In this document: positions 41,549-51,800 of the stretch, piece after piece
Layout of the letters: every line of letters starts with the position of its first letter
Numbering within the stretch: the first letter of the stretch is position 1
NCBI GenBank assembly: GCA_964035545.1
Contig: OZ037770.1
Coordinates: forward strand, 7,048,729-7,112,728
Length of the DNA: 64,000 bases
Direction of reading: 5' to 3'
Origin: Bugula neritina
Taxonomy: Eukaryota; Animalia; Bryozoa
Position numbers and translations under genes: made by a program
Notes under the pieces: model-generated
Databases searched by the model: none
What the model was told of the DNA's origin: nothing
The model's input: the letters and a program-made list of their open reading frames with translations, nothing else

Positions 41549-44500
41549 CAGTAATAGCATATAATTGTGCATAATCGCTTCTACTGACATATTTTATTTT
41601 TTTTGAAAATATCATTATTTCAGGAATGTTTCCATGCATATGCGGAGTGCAGGATGAACATTTTGGGAATGAAAGTTCACATAATAAAGGTGGCAGCTTC
41701 CACAACTTAGATTCAAGAGTCCAGCACCTCAACAAAACCAAAACATGGAAATCGGGCTTTCATAGTGGAAATATTGCTGTTTTCCAAACTCTCAGGGTAT
41801 GTTGTATATGTGCAACTATATAAATAAGCTTGAAAGTAACTTTTTAGAAAGAATGTACATTTATTAATTTATTTATTGTATTTAAGACTGAAGAACTCAA
41901 AGCAGAACTCCTCAGGAGAAATGTAGCTTTCTCAACTACAGACCAACCGGCACAACTAAAGAAGCTACTAAATGTCAATCTCAAAGGTAGGCAAAGCTGA
42001 TGAACAACTAATTATTCATGTGAGCTTCTCTGGTGGAAGAATTTGGCTATAAAGGGTACATTGAATGTGTGTATGTGCAAGAGTGTAGGCTGCCTATATA
42101 AAGAGGGTAAATATCATTTGTAACTTACCAACAGGTATCAAGAGGCCTCCAGCATTACTTTGCTCAAGAATGGAAAATCCAGTGGATATTTCGCAGTATG
42201 AAATAGCACTGATGGAGCCATTACATGACTTCAAAAATGTAATTAATAGAGTTTTGAAAGAGCTTCCTCATTCTACAGAAGAAAAAGAATTAAAAGTTAT
42301 GCTATCAAATCTAATTTCTGACATAGAAGGTAAACATTATCATTTTGATATAACTGATATTGATGTAAAAGTTTTATAGAAAACAAAATGTATAAATAAA
42401 ATTTAAAATATTGTGGCATGCCAATATAGTTTATAGAAACCTAATGGATAAATTCTAAGAATTTATCTAAGAATTGATGTTAGAGCAGTTATGCAATGAC
42501 AATACAAATTTCCAAATTATATTAGTAGTTCAATGTAGAGAAAATTATAAATGCAGTTGATAATTGAATCTACACAATGCTGAAAAACCAAGATGTTAGG
42601 TAAGAGCTTCTGCCTTTATACAACTGTAACTACCACACTGCATGAGTTCTGCATTTTATTACAGCACAAAACCGGGAAATGAAAGGTACAGAGAGTAGAA
42701 TTAACCTAGTAAAAGTGGCTGTAATGCTAAAACAATTTGAGTTTTCTCCCGATGGCCGGACAATGTATACAATGCTCCTTTCGCTAATTGAGCTACAAAA
42801 ATTGGCATACGCTCTTGATACCCAAAGGACACAGAAGAACATTTTAAGGGCATACAATCATAGTTTTTTATTTGCCATGAGGTGTATACAGTTATTTAAA
42901 GAACCAAAGACATGCAGCAAACGGGCAATGTTTGGCATGCCCTTTCATTGTCTAACGGTTCATTTACCAGAGACCCTGAGGATAGTTTCAGGCCGGTCCC
43001 TGGTAGCAGAAAGTGCTGAAAGGCATTTCCACAAGCTAAGGTACAAGCTGTCATTTGACGGCATATATTTAGGATACTAATATAGTTTGTGAAAAATAAT
43101 TGAATAGTTCAACTTCAATGAAAATAAAAAATGTTTAGTCTCCCAACAACTAATACAACTTCCTAAATTAATTTATTTTGGAGAAATTGCTTTGCGATGC
43201 TCCAGCAGAGAAGCAAATGATATTATTGCCAAGGCAATGTTCAGGGCAGCTGTGGAGAAAAGAGCTGACAGCACATCAGAGAGCAGCATTGCAGTGCAAG
43301 AGAAACAGATAAACCAGAAAATAAGCAGTTCATCAATTACAAAATCTTGTTGTGGATTATATTTGGGACAAAATACTGTTATCTCAACCAAGTAAGTTTT
43401 AATTATAGCTTGGGGTAGGCCTACTTAACATTTCATATGTAAATAACTATATAGCTACAGCAATAATATTGTGACCTCACCAGCAGTTTGTAATGATAAA
43501 GCATATTTATTGTAAGAATGCTTTGATCTCTAGATTTCTAACAACACATAGAACTGCAGCTCTGCACCACTTCAAACGAATAGCAGACTACCTAGAATTG
43601 GGAGAGGGTACGTGGTACACAGTGCGAGAAGGAGCTATAGAGTTCCACGATGGCGATAGCTCTCCCAGTAGCCATGATGCAGGACCTGCATTGGCTCATT
43701 TTCGGTAAATAATATTATTCAAATAGTCAACTGCTTTTATTTTAAGAGACTGATACCTTTTAAAATTTTCAAAGATGTCAGATAAATATATCATTAATAT
43801 TGTTTTTCTGCTAGCTGTTTCTATTTATAAATGCAGCTCCCACGATATGAAAGACATTAACAGCATGTTGGATAATAGCTGGGAATTCTGTGTACGAAAT
43901 AAAAGTTCCTTAAAAATCCCACTTCTCATAGACGAGCAAAGATGTAGTGCAAAAATATTAGGTGGGTAATATTTTAAACATAAGCTTCAATATTCTTTTG
44001 CCTTCTAATATTATTTGCAATACTCTCATAAGGCAGCAATGATGAAAGTTTTGAAAGATCACTCATATTTTGCTAATATAGTTTTTTTATAAACTATTTA
44101 AATATCAAGGTCAGTTTTAAAGTCTATCATCATTAATATTTTTTAAAATTACATCTAGAACAACCAGCAACAAGCCAGATCAAACCTAGTATTGGCATCA
44201 TAATGAAAGAGTTAGAAGACAACAGAAACCCTGCGCACACTGCATCTATTCTGCAACAGGAAACACTCCAACTGGTTAAGGAAGATAGTCTGTCAGCTTC
44301 TTTTGTGTGTGCTGTCCCCTTACTAACAAAAAGTAAGTACTGCAAAAGTAAATGTAGCTGGACTTTGTCATTATAATTATTTAGTTGCTGCAAGTCTAAA
44401 AATTATTAAAATCAATATCTCAAAAAGCTTAACTCAGTATTACGTTTCATAGTTAGATCACAACTATTCAACAACATTTAATACCACTCCGACTGCCATG

Positions 44501-45372
44501 CAAATTGATCTTTCAAATGCATGATATAGACGTAGACTAATTAATGTAAATGAGCAAGTATTGACTTGATCAAAAACTTACAAATTAGCCCCAATAGTCA
44601 TGTCACACTATAATATAAGTATTGGACAGGACTGAGTTTTGCACAACTTGATTTTGTTCATGTATACTGAGAATTGGCATAGCTGAATGTTGACTTGATC
44701 TGAATTTCTGTGACTATATCCAATTTATATTTATTAAAAAATCTTACCTTTAGATTTGACTCCCAAAAGCATGTTAACACCCAGTACAAGCAACAAAATG
44801 CCGGTTAAAAGCTGTAACAAGTCAGTTTCAGGTGAGTCAAGAAAGTCAACAAAGAATCTCACAACTGATCAACTTTAAATCAACAAAATTATTTGTTGCT
44901 AATAAATAATAAATAATTTATGCATGATGCTACATCCTTCGTGGACTCGGCGGTATTTTAGCCAAAAATATTAATTGTTCAACTACAGTATATTAGACTG
45001 ATCGAACTGTTCAACTGCTATTGTGAGTTGTTGCAGATGAGCCTAAACAATTGCTAAAGACAAATGTATATAATTTGTATTTTAGATACTATACGAAGTA
45101 TATGGCCATATAGCACAAGTATATTGGAAGACTTTATCAAAGCTAAAAGAGATTGCAAAGACAAAACGATACTTGCTCACAAAATCAAGTGGAGAGAAGT
45201 GTGCAAGAAAATTAGACCATTTTTAACGCAATTATTAGAGAAACTGATAGAAAAGAACAAAGCTGAAACAATGGAAAAGCTTAAAACAAAAGGACTATTT
45301 GCTCTGGAAGCGGACCCACAAAATTCTTATAAGATAAAATGCATAAATTACTGGTTAAAGCAAATTAGCTAA
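38929..45372 (+). CDS. Multi-exon DDE transposase (~1190 aa) with RAG1-core/Transib/CMC-type signature and SAP-like insert
   Basis: Manually spliced, phase-consistent exons: 38929-39810, 39972-40205, 40293-40446, 40794-40892, 40994-41082, 41219-41450, 41624-41796, 41887-41986, 42135-42329, 42665-43040, 43182-43391 (acceptor reads GG), 43534-43704, 43837-43961, 44159-44332, 44754-44831, 45086-45372. Total 3579 nt with no internal stop. Motifs: HSLMDCFEC, ALWHDHS (D 40874), RFFSGDNPARQLEAGQQCGGMFPCIC (D 41408), EELKAELLRRNV...QLKKLL, EPLHDFKN, FHCLTVHLPE...AESAERHF (E 43018). The last three exons are less certain. Confidence 0.8.
41471..41546. repeat. (TA)38 microsatellite in transposase intron 6
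   Basis: Perfect TA run between the donor at 41451 and the acceptor at 41623. Confidence 0.97.
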
Positions 45373-48300
45373 AAATAATTTAGAACAGCAATTTATGTTG
45401 CTGATTGCAAGTGCGGAGCTGTTTTTAATAAGTTTGACCATCTCCATTATCTCTCATCATTTCCATGCATAGAAATTTAATTTTTTTTAACGAAGTGTTA
45501 TAGAATAACTATAAGTTATTACTTAATAGCTACTGCAGTTATCATAGACAAACTGATGGAGCTCAAATTTAAATTACGTCATGTTAAGTTTAACTCTATA
45601 TTGGGATTTATTATTAAAGTTTTAGGGTGCGCCCGTAAAATTTTATTTATTTTTTTCACATTATAATTGATATTCATATTGTTATAATTTTATAAATATA
45701 AGGATAAAGTTATGACGATGAATGTAAAACAATTGCATATAAAATAATGTGGTGCATACTGGACATCATGATTATGATTATCTAAATAATATAAATATGC
45801 ATCATTGTAACTGCATGTGTAATCATAATGTGTACAACTACAAGTGCAAAATGAAAATAGTGGGCCGAATAATTTATTGATGAGTCAATAGTATTACTAT
45901 TAGTGTTAACTATTAGTATTATTACTTATTGGTTATTAGAATTACTATTAATGTTAGACTTTGAACTAGAAGTTAGTAGTAGTTACTGTTAGTGTTACTG
46001 TTAAAGTCTCTAATTAATATTATTACTGTATTTAAATTTTAGCAGTTGAACGCAACAAAACTTTGAACCACAAAAACAAAAAATTAAATTAAAATTTGAA
46101 AAGCACAAAATACGATAAAACTTGCATACCAGCAAACATAAGTCTTAGTCTTAGTGAGTGAGTCTTTCCTCCGGTGAGCCAGTTTGATTTTCACATTGTT
46201 TAAAAGATAAGGGTTTTTTTTTAATATTTTTCACAACTAAAATAATTTGATTTTCATAGTGAATGAATATATATTACTTACCAGTAAAAACCGTTCTTGT
46301 CTTGGCATATTATGTATGCTAGATATCATTAATCCAGGTCAAGTCTAGCAAAGTCTCATAGCGCCGTACAATTGCAGTAGCTGTACTAGATTTCCTGCAT
46401 CGTAGTAAACCGCAGCTAGAAAGTTGATCACGCAGCACAAGCATGCACAGTTTTAAAGGGGGGGTTGTTGGATTTAACATTTTCAAAAGATAAGGGGATC
46501 TTGCAGTATAAGAAAATTATCTATCAATTCATAATACATCTAAAAACTTAATATGTCTTTAATAAAATAAAATATTCTCTCACCAAGATAGCAAAGAAAA
46601 ATTGTTATACATAAATTTTAATCAAATTCCCCCACCCCTGATATAATACTATATTTAGGCTACCCACTTGAAGGCTGCATGCTGGACAACCAGTCACCTT
46701 CGTGATCTTGATTCAAAATAGTATTATAAAAATAAACTAATTGTGTATACTGCAAGCCGAAAGCATAAATTGCTCAAATAACTTAGAAAGCAAGCTGGCA
46801 ATAACAAATGCTACTGAATACTATTACATACTAATTGATGCAGTCAAATGAAAATATGTTAGGCTATGTTATGTTAAGGTAAAATTCAGGCCTTAGCTGC
46901 ATGCAGTAAATAGATAAATTCTAGCAGAGAACGTACTATCTCTACTTATTTCAAGTTCATATCTACAGTATCACCGCATGCAGATTAGTTTCTGCCAAGT
47001 TTCCTCAACACTGAAGGATCTCATGACTGCAGCTGAGTTAGCAATATTATGCTTGTTGACTAGTTAGAGAGTTTTTTATGACACATTATTTTCATCCTGC
47101 AAACTCTGCCACATTGAAAGGGTTTAATATGACACTGATATTCTTGATGTAAGTGCCTAATTTACTTATCAGTAACAAGTGATTTAGTTGGCCTTCAAGC
47201 TCAAATCATGAGCTCATTTCAGCTAAAAATAGCTGCACCTTGTCACTGCATATATGAATGGCTGCATGGCCACTGCCTCAGCCATCAACTTCTATTGCAA
47301 AACTGCTACGTGCAATATTTATTCATCAATCAGAAACTATACCTATTTTAAGCTACCAGAGTTTTGTTACTATATAAAGAGTTGCCTACTTATAGGTGCA
47401 AAAATAAAAAAGCCTCAATACCTAGTCTAAATTCTTTAATTTTTTAAGAGATTCTAATTTGAGAACAGGTTGATATTTTATGCTGCATCTCACTGCCTAT
47501 AATAGGTCCAATAATTATAGGAAACATATAGGGTTTAATTTCTCAATATCCTCATCACTACACGTACCTCATATACTTGGTATACTCATGAAACTGGTAA
47601 TACGATTTTTATCAAAATTTGACTATATTTTTAAAAATAAAGTTATACAATTACTATTCAATTAGTTAAGAATTTCCTCCAACAACTTTTGTAGAAGCGG
47701 AGGTTTTTTAAAACTTTAAATTAGCAATGCAATAAGCTTGGTTATAAATCTATTATTAGTATAATTTATATTACCTTACAGAACAACAAATTTGCTTTTA
47801 AATCGCGCACAAAAGCTATAAAACTTGGTGGCTACTACATCTCACTAGCATTATAAGGTGCTTAGGTTTTTAAGCTGCATAAACTATAATTGCTAAACTG
47901 TTTTGTGCTAAAAATGTATAGGATACAGAGTATACACTTGCACTCAGCTAGCTTGGGAGCTCTGCAGTAGAACAATGAAATTTTTGTCTCGCTTTGAAAT
48001 GTTTCTGATGTTGCGTTGGGACACTTTGGCTCAGAGGTGTGAAGCTGAAACTCTCAAAAAAAATAATTAGATCAGAAACTGATATTTCAAATATATTTTG
48101 TTTGATTTGTGTCTCTTATGTGTGGTTCTACAGACTTCAAAAACTGCTTCATAACTTTATACAACTAAAATCTAAAATCGGGGTATAGCTAGACTACACA
48201 TTTTACAGCCTCGCAGCTGTAGGCAGTACAGCAACTTTGCAACCACCGAGATTTACTACCCTACAATATTTAGTAACCAGTCTCGTACTATGTAACTGGT

Positions 48301-48520
48301 TTAGCACAGAGATGAACTATAACCCTTTGGTTTAGCGCGCAAACAACATGAATCATAGGTCGCGTGAGCTCCCGGTAATCATTATGATAGCTAGCAGCGC
48401 AGCGCAGCTCTACTGTGTTCAGCCAAGCATGCAGACTAAGGGGAAGCAAAATTTCTAATAAAATCAGTGTATAAATTACATGTTTACACTTATTCTATTG
48501 AAGCTATGCAGAAAATTTGA

Positions 48521-48800
48521 AAAGGTTCCAATAGACAAATATCTTATCACTCCATAACTCAGTTTTTGAAAAAATATATCAAATAGGAATTGAGTTATAT
48601 TTCGGGCACTGAGACCATGTTTTTTTGAGCAAAAATGGGTAAAATCTGGTAGTTTTTCGGGCATAAAAGTACAACAGATGAGACAAATGAAAGTTTTAAA
48701 AAAGGTTCCAATAGAGCAGCAAGAGATATACAACATAGTTTTTGAATTTTGTTTCTAGACTCAAAATTATTCGAGTTATGAGTTGGGCACTGTTTCATAT
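48521..48800. repeat. Degenerate ~180-bp subterminal direct repeat at the right end of the large transposon
   Basis: AAAGGTTCCAATAGA at 48521 and 48701; AGTTTTTGAA at 48561 and 48737; GAGTTAT..GGGCACTG at 48592 and 48773. Confidence 0.7.
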
Positions 48801-48862
48801 ATAATTATAATGGAGCAATGAAATTACTGATTCAGTAGAAGGATGACCTTAATCAAGCTGTG

Positions 48863-51800
48863 TTTAGGCATTTTTTAGCACATTTAGGCACTTTTAGCAC
48901 ATTTAAGCTTATTTGGGCACTTTTTAGCCCATTTGGGCACTTTTAGCACTTTTGAGCTTTTTTTAGCTTATTTGGGCACTTTTAGCACATTTAGGCACTT
49001 TTTAGCCTAGTTAGGCACTTTTCAGCACATTTAGGCACTTTTAGCACATTTAAGCACATTTTAGCACATTTTAGCACATTCAAGCACTTTTTAGCCTATT
49101 TGGGCACTTTAAGCACAGTTAAGCACATTTGGGCACATTTGGGCACTTTTTGGCACATTTAAGCACTTTTTAGCACATTTGGGCTCTTTTAGCACATTTT
49201 ACCACTTTTTAGCACATTTAGGCACTTTTTAGCACATTTGGGCACTTTTAGCACATTTAAGCACTTTTTAGCACATTTAGGCACTTGTTAGCACATTTAG
49301 GCACTTTTCAGCACCTTTACGCACTTTTAACACAGTTATGCACATTTATGCATTTTTTAGCACATTTGGGCACTTTTTGGCACATTTAGACACTTTTCAG
49401 CCTATTTGGGCACTTTTGGCTCTTTTGAGCACTTTTCAGCACATTTGGGCACTTTTAGCACATTTAGGCACTTTTTAGCACATTTATGCAGTTTTTAGTA
49501 CATTTAGGCACTTTTTAGCACATTTAGGCACTATTAGCACATTTAAGCACATTTCGGCACTTTTTGGCACATTTAAGCACTTTTTAGCACATTAGGTCAC
49601 TTTTACCACATTTTGCCACTTTTTAGCACAGTCATTTAGGCACTTTTTAGCACCTTTGGGCACTTTTAGGCACATTTAAACACTTTTTTAGCACATTTAG
49701 GCACTTTTTAGTACATTTAGGCATTTTTTAGCACATTTAGGCACTTTTAGCACATTTAGGCTTATTTGGGCACTTTTTAGCCCATTTGGGCACTTTTAGC
49801 ACATTTTACCACTTTTTAGCACATTTAGGCACTTTTTAGCACATTTGGGCACTTTTAGCACATTTAAGCACTTTTTAGCACATTTAGGCACTTTTTAGCA
49901 CATTTAGGCACTTTTCAGCACCTTTACGCACTTTTAACACAGTTATGCACATTTATGCATTTTTTAGCACATTTGGGCACTTTTTGGCACATTTAGACAC
50001 TTTTCAGCCTATTTGGGCACTTTTGGCTCTTTTGAGCACTTTTCAGCACATTTGGGCACTTTTAGCACATTTAGGCACTTTTTAGCACATTTATGCAGTT
50101 TTTAGTACATTTAGGCACTTTTTAGCACATTTAGGCACTATTAGCACATTTAAGCACATTTCGGCACTTTTTGGCACATTTAAGCACTTTTTAGCACATT
50201 AGGTCACTTTTACCACATTTTGCCACTTTTCAGCACATTTGGGCACTTTTAGCACATTTAGGCACTTTTTAGCACATTTATGCAGTTTTTAGTACATTTA
50301 GGCACTTTTTAGCACATTGAGGCACTATTAGCACATTTAAGCACATTTGGGCACTTTTTGGCACATTTAAGCACTTTTTAGCACATTTGGGCACTTTTTA
50401 GCCATTTGGGCGCTTTAGGCACAGTTAAGCACATTTGGGCACATTTAACCACATTTGGGCATTTTTTGGCACATTTAAGCACTTTTTAGCACATTTGGGC
50501 TCTTTTAGCACATTTTGCCACTTTTTAGCACATTTAGGCACATTTTAGCACATTCAAGCACTTTTTAGCCTATTTGGGCACTTTTAGCACATTTACGCAC
50601 TTTTGGCTCATTTAAGCACATTTGGGCACTTTTTAACCCAGTTGGGCACTTTTAGCACTTTTGAGCACTTTTCAGCACATTTGGGCACTTTTAGCACATT
50701 TAAGCACTTTTTAGCCTAGTTAAGCACTTTTTAGCACATTTAGGCAATTTTAGCACATTTAGGCACTTTTTATCCATTTGGGCGTTTTTTGGCACATTTA
50801 AGCACTTTTTAGCACATTTGGTCACTTTTAGCACATTTGAGCACTTTTTAGCACATTTGAGCAGTTTTTAGTACATTTGGGCCCTTTTTAGCACATTTAG
50901 GCATTTTTTAGCACATTTAGGCACTTTTAGCACATTTAAGCACATTTGGGCACTTGTAGCACATTTAAGCGCATTTGGGCACTTTTCAGCACATTTCGGC
51001 ACTTTTTGGCACATTTAAGCACTTTTTAAGACATTTGGTCACTTTTAGCACATTTGAGCTTTTTTTAGCACATTTAAGCAGTTTTTAGTACATTTAGGCA
51101 CTTTTTAGCACATTTAGGCACTATTAAGCACATTTAAGCACTTTTAGCACATTTAAGCACATTTGGGCACTTTTTAGCCCATTTGGGCACTTTTAGCACT
51201 TTTGAGCACTTTTCAGCACATTTGGGCACTTTTAGCACATTTAAGCACTTTTTAGCCTAGTTAGGCACTTTTTAGCACATTTAGGGACTATTAGCACATT
51301 TAAGCACATTTGGGCACTTTTTAGCACATTTAGGCACTATTTAGCACATTTAGGCATTTTCTAGCCTATTTGCGCACTTTTCGCACTTTTGAGCACTTTT
51401 CAGTACATTTGGGCACTTTTCAGCCCATTTAGGCACATTTCAGCACGTTTGGGCTTTTTTAGCACATTTAAGCACATTTTGCCACTTTTTAGCACATTTA
51501 GGCACTTTTTAGCACATTTAGGCACTTTTTAGCCCATTTGGGCACTTTTAGCACTTTTGAGCACTTTTCAGCACATTTGGGCACTTTTAGCACATTTAAG
51601 GACTTTTTAGCACATTTAGGCACTATTAGCACATTTAAGCACATTTGGGCACTTTTTAGCACATTGAGGCACTATGAACACATTTAAGCACATTTGGGCA
51701 CTTTTTAGCACATTTAGGCACTTTTTTAGCCCATTTGTAGCACTATTAAGACATTTAAGCACATTTGGGCACTTTTTAGCACATTTAGGCACTTTTTAGC

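Larger units (their letters stand above)
36421..48862 (+). mobile_element. Large (12,442 bp) putatively autonomous TIR DNA transposon with CACAG termini and 2-bp TSD, encoding a RAG1/Transib/CMC-like transposase
   Basis: Left TIR CACAGCATAGTTAAGGTCATCC (36421-36442) and right TIR GGATGACCTTAATCAAGCTGTG (48841-48862) match at 19/22. TSD TT at 36419-36420 and 48863-48864 restores gtacatttaggca, matching uninterrupted satellite B at 35511 and 49711. Contains a spliced DDE transposase gene. Confidence 0.92.

Noticed and set aside
44748-44811. Minus-strand hydrophobic stretch LLTGILLLVLGVNMLLGVKSK with a gtaaga donor
   Set aside because: It is the in-register antisense of a polar + strand exon (44754-44831) that has strong splice sites; hydrophobic antisense is expected by chance.
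36421-48862. Calling the large element a bona fide ProtoRAG/RAG1-RAG2 transposon or assigning the gene symbol RAG1
   Set aside because: The TSD is 2 bp rather than 5 bp, no RAG2-like gene, RING or nonamer-binding domain is recognisable, and the similarity is motif-level only.
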